Positions 25,088 to 38,087 of a stretch of 64,000 bases of DNA are shown one piece after another (within the stretch, counting starts at the first letter, position 1; each line of letters starts with the position of its first letter). The DNA is from Octopus sinensis (taxonomy: Eukaryota), in contig NC_043001.1 in assembly GCF_006345805.1 (NCBI RefSeq), positions 46,562,001-46,626,000 of the forward strand. The letters run 5' to 3'. The notes beneath the pieces were generated by a model, which was not told where the DNA came from, searched no databases, and saw nothing but the letters and a program-made list of their open reading frames with translations. The translations under genes were made by a program, and so were the position numbers.

Positions 25088-25824
25088 TCAGTTTTAGAAA
25101 AGTTTTGTATATCTTTCTTCTTCAACCGGCAACAGCCAATATGCTCTTCGCTATGTTGCACCAAACATCTCTGTCCCTCATCGGCTTTGGGAGGTTCTCA
25201 GTTCCATCTTATATGTCTCTGCCAAAAAAATATCCGTGTAGCTGAGTCTCCTTTGTCCATTACTGGGTTGTTTAAGTCACTAAAACATAATATCTGATAT
25301 GAGTTTTTGTTTACTACGATGGCAGTGGCAGGCAAACCCTACCTTGCGTTGAACAACATTGCATCCAAAGATGGGTGTAATGTATCAATAAATCTCTTGC
25401 GCTATGTTCTCATCCCATAGGATGTTTTGAGCACGTATGAGACTCATGACGTACCTATATTTTTCATATTCCGCTTATACATTGAACTTCACTCGTAATA
25501 TATGTTTGAGATGGGTTCATTTTTTTCTCTTTTGTCTTGAAAATCTCAACCTTTCTTCTTAAAAAATATTGCCGTAGCAGTAACAGAGCCAAGTGAACCA
25601 ATATCAATAAGTAGAAATTCGAATTTATAATCATTGCAGAGAAATTGTTGATTTCCGTGTCGTTGTCCTTAAATGTTCTCTTTCTCACTCATTGTGAATA
25701 AAACGTTCACATCTGCTGGACAGATGAATGAATTCCACCGCAGGACAAAATTTTCATTTTCTATTCCAAACAACCGTGTCAATTTTGTCGTTGCTATCGT
25801 GACAGAGGCGGTGGTCGTCTTATA

Positions 25825-25860
25825 GTAGTAGTTAGTAGTAGTAGTAGTAGTAGAGACAGA

Positions 25861-25925
<65 letters not shown>

Positions 25926-25977
25926 CGGCAGCAGCAGTAGCAGCAGCAGTAGCAGTAACAGCAGCAGTAGCAGTAGC

Positions 25978-26033
<56 letters not shown>

Positions 26034-26068
26034 CGGCAGTAGCAGTAACAGCAGCAGTAGCAGTAGCA

Positions 26069-26104
<36 letters not shown>

Positions 26105-26136
26105 GCGGCAGCAGCAGTAGCAGCAGCAGTAGCAGT

Positions 26137-26199
<63 letters not shown>

Positions 26200-26200
26200 T
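25825..26200. repeat. (AGT)/(AGC) microsatellite with higher-order structure
   Basis: Directly visible; the variant CGG unit recurs at 25926, 26034 and 26106. Confidence 0.95.
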
Positions 26201-26551
26201 GTGTTGCTGCTGATGTTGCTGTTTAAGTTCAGGTTAGCGGGTCAGCAGCCCTGTTTCAGTCGACCTATAATCAAAGACATTTCACCATTGATCAGCACTT
26301 TCTTTTACATTATCAGGACTACACTATCCGGTGTGTCTTTCCGCTTTCTTTCTTTAAAGACAGTGAAGTGTTATTTGCAGGAGATTTAACTGTTATTTCA
26401 ATTAGTTCAAAGATTCTCTCTCTCTCTCTCTCTCTCTTTCTTTCTTCCTCTTTATCTTCCTCCTTTCCTATCCCCCCACCTCTCTCAACAACTCGAAAGT
26501 TTTGATGGAGATATTCCCTCAACATTTCTTGTGTTGAAACATTGCGTGTGT

Positions 26552-26672
26552 ATTCAAAAACATATCACGTTGAAAAACACCGGTTCTCGTACGATCACCG
26601 ATGTTAAGTAACGTTGAGCCTAGTTAGTACTTAAATGACTAACCGCTTTGGAAAACCTCGGTGCTATATGCA
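26552..26672 (+). pseudogene. 5S rRNA pseudogene (or head of a 5S-derived SINE)
   Basis: CATATCACGTTGAAAAACACCGGTTCTCGTACGATCACCGATGTTAAGTAACGTTGAGCCTAGTTAGTACTT... aligns by eye with invertebrate (mollusc-type) 5S. Box C is heavily mutated (TAAATGACTA). Confidence 0.85.
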
Positions 26673-27269
26673 AAACCTTTAGCTAAAGGCCACACTCTAG
26701 CATCACCTCATCCTCTGGCTGAAACCATTATGTTATGCTGGAAATACTTCAGTGAAATTTTGGGAAGGGGGCTGATGATATGTAATACTTTCCACATAAA
26801 TACCTTATAATAATGGCACCAGCAGACAAAATGGAAAAGGCGTTGCCACGGAGGCAAGATTTTTCCCACGAGAGTTCCGGACCCCAGTAACGAACTTATT
26901 TGCATACAGCCAATCAGAGCTGACTTTGACCATACACACCGCTATCGGAGCAGAGATTGCTGGCTGTCTCCCTGGCTGTCCTACGGAGCTATGCTTTTTC
27001 CATTTTGCCTGCTGGTACCATGAGAAATGTTGAACTATGATAGAAGAAAGTAGCCTTTGTTACGATTAATTATCAACTAAAACCAGTTAGAAAAAATTCT
27101 TTTCGATGCATTTGTGGTGTTAGAGTGGTTAAGAACTTCAATATCTCTTTTGTTCCTTGAGTATTTTGAAACTCTCTCTTACTTTTCGATTGCAATAACA
27201 TAACCTTTGAAATGAGGCGTATCAAAATGAGGCTGCACTTCCAGTAAATATTAGAATTTTTTTTTTCAT

Positions 27270-27422
27270 TTAGGCGCAGGTTGTATGGTTGGGAAGCTCG
27301 CTTTGTAAGCATGTAGTTTCGGGTTCAGTCCCACTGCGCGGCAAGTGTCATCTTCTTTATGTCTGAGCAAGCCAATGCCTTGTGAGTAAATTTGGTTGAC
27401 CGAAAATGCGTGAAAACCTGTC

Positions 27423-27491
<69 letters not shown>

Positions 27492-27690
27492 TGTGTGTAT
27501 ATGGTGTGTGTGTGTGTGTATATACATATATATATAAATGTGTGGGAGGGGTGAGTTAGCTTGGCGATTCTGCAAGAGCGACGATAAAATAAGTACTAGA
27601 CTTCAACAAAATAAGCAGTGGATTCGCTTTGTTCCATTAAACACTTCAAGGAGGTGCTCCAGCGTGGCCGCAGTCCAATGAATGAAACAA
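27270..27690 (+). mobile_element. SINE family B
   Basis: Head, body and degenerate second module around a (TG)n array. Confidence 0.75.
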
Positions 27691-27769
27691 GTGAAAAAAA
27701 TATAAGCAGAATGTTTCTCCATCAATATCAGTCGATGTTGGCACGAGGCCAGTAATATCGAGACAGGGG

Positions 27770-27920
27770 CTAAGTCGATAATATCGATTCCCAGCATTTG
27801 ACTGGTATTTAATTTATCGACCCTGAAAAGGATGAAAGTCAAATCTCAGGATGTAAAGACGGACGAAATGCAACTCAGCGTTTTGTCCAGCATGCTAACG
27901 ATTCTGCCAGCCCGCCGCCC
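27770..27920 (-). mobile_element. SINE family A, diverged
   Basis: ACTGGTA...TTTATCGACCCTGAAAAGGATGAAAG is the reverse complement of the core. Confidence 0.7.
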
Positions 27921-28039
27921 TAACATATTCAGATATTGTTGACTTCTTGAGAACAAGATTCCTTACTCGTAAGATGTATGTTCCCTTTTAAAGACATGCT
28001 TTATTTATTTATTTACTTATTTATTTATCTTTCATTTTT

Positions 28040-28480
28040 TTATCTTTTACTTGTTTCAGTCATGAGATTGCAACCATGCAGAAGGCACCGCCTTGAAGAA
28101 TTCTTAGTCGAAAGAAACAACTTTTTTTTTGTTAAACCCCGTACTTATTCTGTCGGTCAATTTGGCAGCACCGCTAAGTTACGGAGACGTAAACACACCA
28201 ACACCGGTTGTCAAGTGGTGGGAGGAGACAGACACAAACATGAATATACAGACATACACACGCATACTCATACGCATACCCCCCACCACCACCACCACCA
28301 CCACACACATGCATGTATTTATACGACGGGCTTCTTTCAGTGTTCGTCTACCAAATCCACTCACAAGGCTTTGGTCTACCTGTGGCTATAACAGCAAAGA
28401 CTTGCCCAAATTGCCACAAGTGGGACTGAACCCGGAACAATGTAGTTGGGAAACAAGCTTCATACAACACAACCTTGCCT
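28040..28480 (-). mobile_element. SINE family B
   Basis: Reverse complement of both modules. Confidence 0.8.
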
Positions 28481-28734
28481 TTATTTATTTTATGCTACTG
28501 TTATTTATTTATTTATTTATTTGATGCTAACACTAGCTCAATTATAAGTTCCTTCATTCCTCTCTCGAGATGGGGTTGACAGATATCAGTATTTTTGTGA
28601 TAGTTACCAGTTGATGTCAGGATTTTGCAGATTAAAACCAAAGATCCGTCAAGTACGTCAGTCATCAATTGCATCACGGTCACTAGTTTGTTGGGGCCTA
28701 TAAAGATAATGGGCATTAGACCCTACCTCTCTTA

Positions 28735-29106
28735 TCTCTCTATATATAAACGGCAGTTTGTCTGTGTGTGTTTCTGTGTATCTGTTAGGTTGTACCCTCA
28801 CCCTGACCACGGCTTTCAACCGATTCTGATGAAACTTGACACACACATAGCCCAATGTCATAATTCAAAACTAAGGCAGCGAAAATTTTGGAAAGTTCCC
28901 CCAGTTCTGAAAAAAATCGATAAATTCGACATGGGGTCGAGAATCAGAAACACAACCCACAGACTGTCTAGGGGACGCAACTCGACCTTTTTAACTAAAA
29001 AAAATTTACCATCATTTTTTTTTTCCATTTTTTGGCTATAACTCTCTAAAAATGCTTTATAGTTATTTCCCTTACAAATCCGAGCAATGCCGGGCGATAC
29101 TGCTAG
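28735..29106 (+). mobile_element. Non-autonomous Helitron (3' end shared with 509-906, different 5' part)
   Basis: A|TCTCTCTATATATAAAC 5' end; ...CCGAGCAATGCCGGGCGATACTGCTAG|T 3' end. Confidence 0.85.
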
Positions 29107-29184
29107 TTAACTTATAAATCTGTACCGATATTACGAACGTTATGCGGAGATACTGTACATAGGATCTTCACATGGCATTTGTAA

Positions 29185-29525
29185 CATACGTATGTGGTTG
29201 TCTACTCATGTAGAGTCTGACCACCTCTTGTACTTACGACTCAGATCCATCATGACGTTTGGATGTCGCTTTTGAAACCAGATATTGTATTGAAGACACT
29301 CATATAGATTCCATATCTGATTTGGACCACCAAGAGCTGCAGTTAAGTTATGAACTTTATGGATTTGAAAATGTCTTTTGAGGCTTCCGTTAGATTTGCA
29401 GACCTTATCACATACACGGCATTGAGAGGGGTGCACATATATTAAGGCAGATTAGAGTAGTTGATGGAGGTTCGTTTTTCAAAATGCACACCTTCTCGAT
29501 CGCAACATCCTTCTTTAAATCTCTC
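29185..29525 (-). mobile_element. RTE-clade LINE 3' fragment with a C-terminal C2H2 finger
   Basis: CRVCDKVCKSNGSLKRHFQIH (C-x2-C-x12-H-x3-H), a decayed second finger, then an RTE-like tail GAGGTGGTCAGACTCTACATGAGTAGACAACCAC. Confidence 0.65.
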
Positions 29526-31017
29526 TTGTAATATACATCTCTCTCTCTCTTCTCTCTCTCTCTCTCTCTCTCTACGCACATGTATATAATCATATGGGTA
29601 TAATCATAATTAAGGATACTGAGAAACAGCACCTACACGCTAGAAATAGAGGTCAAATGACTCTAAAACCAAATCATTTTTTACACTACATTAACGCGGG
29701 TTGAAAGCGAGGTAAATGAATAAGAAAGATTTGGCAAAATTTTAAAGGTTAATTCTAGATTGATTGATTTCTGGTTTAGTAATATAAAAGTTACTTTACC
29801 TTCGTTAGTAGAATATACCAAAATGTACATAAATGCAAATATATATACATATGTGTACACACACACACACGCACACACACACACACACACGCATACACAC
29901 ACACATATATATACATATATATACTTATATATAATATATACATGCATGTATATATATGTATGTACATACATACATACATACATGCATACATGCATACATA
30001 CATACATACATACATACATACATACATACATACATACATACATACATACATACATGCATACATACATGAATACATACATGCATACATACATACACAGATA
30101 CATTTATCGTGACATGCTACATGAGCATTTAACGATAGCATACAGTGTTTAGGGCTATACTGATAATCGATGTGATTAATTTAGAACAACTCAGAAATCT
30201 CACATAAAAAACCCATATATATCCAAGCATTACTTACACACGCACACACAAGCAGGCGCGCGTGCACACACACATACAAATATTATGTTGTTGAGGTTAT
30301 ATTGGTTTTAATATTGGTACAAATTCACATACACTTGTCTATCGGGCTAGTCTTGTACATGACAAATAATCTGTATTGATTACTTGACACTGCAGGATAT
30401 ACGCATTATCAGCCACATGAGAACACAGCCTTTTCCAGTAACCTTCCGACAATATTACACCTTTGTGTAATATATTTTCATCAATATTTATGTATCTGTT
30501 GCACTGTGGAACTAGCGAGGCAAATATAAGTGTTAATCTTTTCCGTTTCGTTTTTCGTTTATCTGTGTTCAACTATCATGCATTAAGATATTTTTTTTAT
30601 TGGGTGGGGGGGGGGGTCAAATTCTGCTAGAAATGTAATTCAACTGCAGCGTTCTCTACCGACTAAAAATAAATAATGGAGACATTTCGAATTGTAGTCC
30701 TGAATATATTCCTAGAATGGCAAAATGGTCGCAACTGAAATGTGTTTAATCATAGGGTCTGTTCGATCGACGTTGACATGGTACAGAATAGTAAGTTAGT
30801 TTTAAACAAGATACTGTCCTCGAAAGTAAAATGTCAAAAATGCTGCTGGATAGACGCGAATTGCCAGAGCACTCAACTTCGGCTTAAATAATATGGAAAA
30901 AAATCTTTCAGCTATTTTCAAAAGGCATTTATAAATCGGTTTAATAGATAATGACGACAAAAAGAAAATTGTAAATACCGAAATTCAGATATACGTTGGA
31001 ATAAAGAAATTTGTGAA

Positions 31018-31285
31018 GGCGAATGGCTCAGTGGTTGGAGCGTCGGGCTTACAGTCATGAGGTAACGATTTCAGGATCGGGCTATATGTTGTGTTCTTGA
31101 TCTAGACATTTTATTTCACGTTGCTCCTGTTCACTCATCTGTAGAAATGAGTTCTAACGTCGCTGGAGCTAAGCTATATTGGCCTGATAACACCAGTGGC
31201 GTGGAGACGGCAGACAATCTTATCCGAACTTGTGCCTCGAAGGGGAACCTTCTAGGTGCAATCCCATGGTCATTCATGGCCGAAT
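31018..31285 (+). mobile_element. SINE family C
   Basis: Collinear with 11776-12655 without the insertion. Confidence 0.8.
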
Positions 31286-31487
31286 GGGTCTTTTTAGGAA
31301 TTTATATAGCAAAGAATCAACCAGCTCGTAGTTCAGTTGGCTTTGTTGATCCAAAATCAGATCTAATCAGGCAAATCAAAGCTGTTACAACCGTGACAAT
31401 CTGGTCATTTTTCCATTGGAATACCCCTACTCATAGTTTAACTGGCTTTCTTGATCTCCAGCTCAGAAGTAGGATGTGATTTGAGTA

Positions 31488-31800
31488 GGCGCGTGGCTTG
31501 GCGCTTAGAGTAAACGGCTCATGATCGTAAGGTCATGAGGTCATGAGGTCGAATCCCGGTGGCGCGTTGTGTACTGGAGCCAGACACTTTATTTCACGTT
31601 GCTCCAGTCCATTTATGTGACAAAAATGAGATGTAACTGTAATTCGAAGGGCCAGCCTTGTCACATTCTGTGTCACGCCGAATTTCCTTGAGAGCTACGT
31701 TAAGGATACGCATATCTGTGGCGTGTTCAGCCTCTTGCACGTTAATTTTACGCGAAGGCTGTTCCGTTGATCGGAATAACTGGAACCCACGACATCGTAA
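31488..31800 (+). mobile_element. tRNA-derived SINE (C-type central module, different tail)
   Basis: A/B boxes plus ACACTTTATTTCACGTTGCTCCAGTCCA. Confidence 0.75.
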
Positions 31801-32157
31801 TCGATGGAATGCCAGTCTATTGACCATTTCTAGCAAGTCCAGTATTATGTGGCTCCCACATTGATACATTTAACGGTTTCTAAATTCCAACTATATATAT
31901 TATATATATACATGCTTATATACATGCTTATATGTATATAATATATATATATAGTATATATATATATATGTATACTTATACATATACATATATATATATT
32001 ATATATATATATATAATATATTATATATATATATGTATATATGTATATATGCATAAAATACAAGCATATATATATATATAGTATACTTATAGCGCGTAAA
32101 AACTGCCTGTTGAAGGCAGTTTTCTCTTGTGTTTAAATGTACACTATTATATATATA

Positions 32158-32196
<39 letters not shown>

Positions 32197-32209
32197 TAAT
32201 ATATATATA

Positions 32210-32475
32210 GGCGCAATGGCCCAGTGGTTAGGGTAGCGGACTTGCGGTTGTAGGATCGCGGTTTCAATTGTGAGTGTTATTGAGCGAAAACACCTAAAAA
32301 GCTCCACGATTCCGGCAGGGGGTGGTGATCCCTGCTGTACTCTTTCACCACTCTTTCTCTCACTCTTTCTTCTGTTGGGCTACTCGCTTAGCCAGCGTGG
32401 TGGCGTCATTCGAAGGCTAAAACAGTGCGAACGCATTGTGACCAGCGATATGTAACAACATCTGATGTCTGGTCG
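32210..32475 (+). mobile_element. tRNA-derived SINE, further family
   Basis: GGCGCAATGGCCCAGTGGTTAGGG head; ends GGTCACGTGATCACGTGA followed by (TA)n. Confidence 0.7.
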
Positions 32476-32792
32476 GTCACGTGATCACGTGATATATATA
32501 TATATATACATATATGTATATATATATATATGCATATATGTATATACATATATATGTACGTGTATATATACATATATATACATATACATATATATACATA
32601 ATATATAATATAGGTATATATATATGTACATATATATACTATACACATATATATATGTAAATATATTATAATATATACACACACATATATGTATATATAA
32701 TATATATATACATACATGTATATATGTGTAATATATATATATATATACTATATATACATATACATCTATACATATACATGTATTCATATACA

Positions 32793-32835
<43 letters not shown>

Positions 32836-32850
32836 TATACATATATACAT

Positions 32851-32915
<65 letters not shown>

Positions 32916-33008
32916 TTAATAAGGGTGAGAGAATTAGATACTAATTTAATAGTATATCTATTCTACACCAAGTGGCCTAGTGCTCGAGAACCTGGATTAT
33001 TATTATAT

Positions 33009-33047
<39 letters not shown>

Positions 33048-33105
33048 GTATACATATATATGTGCAGATGTATATATGCAATACATACATGCATACATAT
33101 ATATA

Positions 33106-33174
<69 letters not shown>

Positions 33175-33321
33175 GGATATTAGCCAACTGAATATGGCTA
33201 GGGACAGGGCAGGGTGGTGGGGGTGTCACTGTTGCATTTAGCCCCAGGCGAACATCAACGTCACCAGATAGGCCGACGCCGTCACGGCGTCCTCTATCTT
33301 GCAAAGGGAGATCATTCCCCA

Positions 33322-33396
33322 AGAAGCGGATACCACACACGGACCTAGGTTTCAAGGTGTATTGCCTATTATCAACGTGTGGTAGGCATCGCTTCT
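33322..33396 (-). ncRNA. Type I hammerhead ribozyme fold, mirror copy of 33803-33877
   Basis: Exact reverse complement of the plus-strand motif. Confidence 0.7.
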
Positions 33397-33802
33397 CGAC
33401 GAACGACCAACCGTGCAAGATATATATAAAGATTTTCAAGTAAATACATTTACTGATTTCGAAAATCTGTTCGACAGCAATAATAATTCTCTAAATGAGA
33501 TATAGACAGTGACTGCTCCATAATATAAGGGATATTAGCCAACTGAATATGGCTAGGGACAGGGCAGGGTGGTGGGGGTGCACTGTTGATGTTCGCCGGG
33601 GGCTAAATGCAACAGTGACACCCCCACCACCCCCCCCTGTCCCTAGCCATATTCAGTTGGCTAATATCCCTTATATTATGGAGCAGTCACTGTCTATATC
33701 TCATTTAGAGAATTATTATTGCTGTCGAACAGATTTTCGAAATCAGTAAATGTATTTACTTGAAAATCTTTATATATATCTTGCACGGTTGGTCGTTCGT
33801 CG

Positions 33803-33877
33803 AGAAGCGATGCCTACCACACGTTGATAATAGGCAATACACCTTGAAACCTAGGTCCGTGTGTGGTATCCGCTTCT
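33803..33877 (+). ncRNA. Type I hammerhead ribozyme fold with U3-A8 covariation and palindromic stem III
   Basis: CACACG-TTGATAA-T-AGG(caataca)CCT-T-GAAA-CCTAGG-TC^-CGTGTG. Stem I is extended by TACCA/TGGTA and AGAAGCG/CGCTTCT. Predicted cleavage after C33857. Confidence 0.7.
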
Positions 33878-34076
33878 TGGAGAATGATCTCCCTTTGCAA
33901 GATAGAGGACGCCGTGACGGCGTCGGCCTATCTGGTGACGTTGATGTTCGCCTGGGGGTAAATGCAACAGTGACACCCCCACCACCCTGCCCTGTCCCTA
34001 GCCATATTCAGTTGGCTAATATCCCTTATATTATGGAGCAGTCACTGTCTATATCTCATTTAGAGAATTATTATTG

Positions 34077-34109
<33 letters not shown>

Positions 34110-34111
<2 letters not shown>

Positions 34112-34377
34112 GAACAATCTTACTTGGAAATGGATTCGTGCGTTATGAAACTAAGGCGACTGAAGAAGGGGTTTTTTCCTTGTTTTGTATGTCCTGTACT
34201 CTATTTTTTCGTTGTTTAAAAGAAATGTCCATTTCCTTGTTTTTGTGTTTATGTTTTCGTTTCTCATTTTGTTCGACGTTTTTTGGTGTCCTGTACTCAT
34301 ATATGCATGTATATACACATGTAGAGGTAGGTACGGACATATATGTATGTATATATGCATATGTTTTATTTATTCAT

Positions 34378-34390
<13 letters not shown>
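34110..34390 (+). mobile_element. Penelope-like terminal repeat fragment (relative of 45720-46030)
   Basis: Shares CTGAAGAAGGG, the TGTTTT-rich block and the ATATATGCATAT ending with the 45.8 kb copy. Confidence 0.55.
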
Positions 34391-34427
<37 letters not shown>

Positions 34428-36239
34428 GCATGTATATATGTGAGATAATAGTTTCAGTATTAATAGTTTTACTATGTATTTATTATATACATAGTGAAAT
34501 TATTAATACACCTAATACTGAAATAGACTAAGAGATAAGAGATTGCTCTTGGCTCGCTTTAGGCAAGAAGGTGAATATTTTTTTAGCCCATGACATTACA
34601 TCGACCCTAAGTAAGGCAAGTCTAAAATTTGAATGAAATCGGTTTGATTCTTCTCGAGTTTTAGTGTTGCACACATACAGACACACATTCTCAGTTTTAT
34701 ATAAATACATATATGTCGAGTTTCTTCCAGTTTCCGTCAACTAAATCCTATCAAAAGGCTTTGGCGTGACCAAGGAAATCGTAGAAAACACCTGCCCAAG
34801 TTGCTAAACAGTGAGACTGAATCCGGGGTCATATGGTTAGGAAGCAAGCTTCTTACCGCGCAGCCCACACCTACGCCTACATATATTTTTGTATGAATGT
34901 ATGTATATATGTATGTATGTAGTTGCACATTTCCATTATGTAACATTTGTATGTAAACATACGTGCACACGCATATATATGTATATTTATCTTTTTATAT
35001 ATATTTTTATCTCTCTCACTATATATATATATGTATGTATATATGTATGTTTGTGTGTATGGATGAATGGATGGGTGAATGGATGTACATATACATATAT
35101 ATACATGCATGTATATATATATATACATATATATATATGCATCCATCCATCCATCCGTCCATCCATCCATCCATCCATCCATCCATCCATCCATACATAC
35201 ATACATACATACATACGTACTTCCTCAGTGGAAGGTTTATAATAATTATAAAAAAGAAGGGACACATATATACATGCACACATATACATACTACGGCTAC
35301 TCTTGTAAATCTTTTCTTAAGAAGGAAGGAGCCGATTTCTGGGAGATCTGGATGCTATTTATATCTGGTCGATAACTTCATAAATGTCCCCGTGTTACTT
35401 TTGATATTGTTTATCCCCAAGATCCCTCCTTATCGAACAGTCTTACGATCAAAGGTGTTGCAACCGTGAACCTGCCGTCTTTCCTGCCTTTGACTGCTTT
35501 GCTAATGATCTTCCATAACACCAAACGAAAGATAAGAATTTGAAAGCCCCTCATATTTTCGTTCTCCTTTGAAGATATTCATCGTCAATTTCGGAGCTAC
35601 TTTCACTTGCACTCGTCGACAAGGGTTGTCTGGAGTGCCAGCAGAGCCCGACACATATAAGAGACCCAAGGGCTGTCGTATGTGCTTTGTAGTATTGCAG
35701 CTTGAAGTGTTTAGAACAGCCCATGAGATTTATTTACCGCAAGCCTTTCATCTGCTTGACTGTTTTCATGCACCTACTGATGTAGGGTCGACCATGGTTT
35801 ATGTGCTATTATGTATGTATGCAAGTATGCATCATGCATGTATGTATGTATGTATGTATGTATGTATGTATGTATGTATGTATGTATGTATGTATGTATG
35901 CATGCATGCTTGTATATGTGTGTGTATGTATGTGTGTATGTGTATGCACACACACATACGCATAAATGTATGCGAGTGGGCTAGCATGTGTATTAGTATG
36001 CAAAGATACATGCTAGATGGCTAGACAGATAGATAGAGAGAAAGGGAAAGGGAAAGGGAGAGAGAGAGAGAGAGAGAATGAGAGACAAACAGACAGAGAG
36101 AAAGAGGGACAGGCAGACAGACAGATATATAGATAGACAGAAAACTAGATAATTATGTGTATATATATATATGTGTGTACCCCCGTGTACGTATGTAGGC
36201 ATACTTGTTTGCATGTATGTATGTATATATATGTATGTA

Positions 36240-36276
<37 letters not shown>

Positions 36277-36419
36277 CTGGAGACAGAAAGTGAGAGAGAT
36301 TTGCGTACATTCATTAACGTCTCTATTACCATCACAAGCATCTCACTGTCAATACCACCACCACTTCCACCAACACCGCCAACAACATACCGCCACTTCT
36401 ACGAAGGCGTACTAAAGAT

Positions 36420-36635
36420 TGCTAATAATTATAGTAATTTACTAATAATCTTTTCTACTCTAGGCACAAGGCCCAAAATTTTGGTATTCGGGGCCAGTCA
36501 GTTAGATCGAACCCAGTACGCAACTGGTACTAAATTTGTCGACGCCGAAAGGATGAAAGGCAAAGTCGATCTCAGCGGAATCTGAACTCAGAACACAAAG
36601 ATAGACAAAATACCTTTAAGCATTTTACCCGGCAT
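36420..36635 (-). mobile_element. SINE family A (alternative tail)
   Basis: Reverse complement of the 7386 type. Confidence 0.8.
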
Positions 36636-36646
36636 AATAATAGTAA

Positions 36647-37050
36647 CTAGCGGAACCCGTGAATATTTCACGGAATTAATGGTAAACCTATTGGGTTATT
36701 TCTGAATATTTTATCCCAAAAACCTAAAAGCGTTACCTGTGTTGTGTCTTTATGAAAAGATAGTCGCTCATCTGCTACTCTTTGAAAAGTGAAAGAAATT
36801 GGAATGCGATGATTAGTTAATGCACTTTATATATACACTTTATATACTTTATGCACAATTTTATAGAGTTAAAACACAGCACTGATAAAATAAATATTCA
36901 CTCTTATTTTTTCATTTTCCCACAAATAAACAAAATATATCCTATACATATGATACAACCTTTAGTTAAATTACAAATATCTTCCACGTAAATAAGCGTG
37001 AATATTTCACGCAATTGCACTTATGCGCATGCGTTAAGTGATAGGTGATA
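36647..37050 (-). mobile_element. Probable non-autonomous Helitron; 5' boundary uncertain
   Basis: Minus-strand 3' end: hairpin CCGTGAA-TAT-TTCACGG (36657-36673) 6 nt from CTAG|T. A second copy of the hairpin lies at ~36997-37013. Confidence 0.5.
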
Positions 37051-37259
37051 TAAAAAACTTAGTTCAATTTTTAAAAAGTTACACTTTTCGCTATCCAATC
37101 ATCACCATCACCATCACCATCACCACCTCACACTCCTAGATATAGCAGCCAAATCTCCCTCAGCTCATAGCGTGCAGCCTTTAAAAACATTAAATAAGGT
37201 AGCCTTACTCCTAAAACTCAGGATGGTCACGGCTGGAATACTTTTGTTATGAACAACTG

Positions 37260-37419
37260 CAACAATAGCAACAACGTGGCCACTGTTATCGTCTGCAATC
37301 ACCGCCAGTATTACAACTACTACCAGCACCAACGCCAACACTATGATCACTACTATTATCCACTCATCATAACCACAACAACCAGCAGCAGCAGTAGCAA
37401 CAACACCACCACCACCACC

Positions 37420-37465
<46 letters not shown>

Positions 37466-37477
37466 GCAGCAACAACA

Positions 37478-37545
<68 letters not shown>

Positions 37546-37646
37546 AGTGTTAAACATAAGATCAGCAGGAGGTTCGAAAGAATTCTAATGAGAAAAATCA
37601 CTTCGGAAGTGAAAATAACAAGGTGAAGAGTTGAATAAACAACATC

Positions 37647-37683
<37 letters not shown>

Positions 37684-38031
37684 CGATGATGATGATGATG
37701 AAGATGATGTTCGTGATCATGATTATGGCGACGACGACGACGACGACAATGATGATGATGGTGTGATGATGATAATGATGATCATGATGATGATGATGAA
37801 GTTGGTGGTGGTGGTGCTGACGATAGTGGTTTTGATGCTGATGGTGTACTTGTGGTTGCTGTTGTTGTTGTTGTTGCTATTGTTAGTGGTTGTGGTGGTG
37901 GTGGTGGGTAGCCGCCGGAGGCAGCGGCAATGGCAAGGGAGTTGGCGGGTGGCGATGAAGGTAATGATTACGATGACGACGGCGAAGAATAAGGTGGGGG
38001 GGACGAGAGGGGAAAAAGGAGAATCGAAGAA

Positions 38032-38087
<56 letters not shown>

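Larger units (their letters stand above)
33172..34080. repeat. 355-bp unit in tandem on both arms of a head-to-head foldback; probable PLE terminal repeat or retrozyme-like element
   Basis: Period of 355 bp on the left (33173/33528) and right (33588/33943). Arms ~99% complementary, axis at 33585-33613, flanked by (TA)n. Confidence 0.9.

Noticed and set aside
29206-29436. C2H2 zinc-finger ORF as a member of the expanded octopus ZNF family
   Set aside because: Single finger, no TGEKP linker, and it is flanked by RTE-like ORF-end and tail sequence, so a LINE remnant explains it better.
33172-34080. 355-bp unit as a tandem Helitron array
   Set aside because: Its TCTTTATATATA word is not preceded by CTAG and the hairpin is far from any CTAG end; the hammerhead fold explains the unit better.
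35300-35800. Possible piggyBac N-terminal remnant on the minus strand (SESSSEIDDEY)
   Set aside because: No TTAA/TIR ends or catalytic motifs; the similarity is only compositional.
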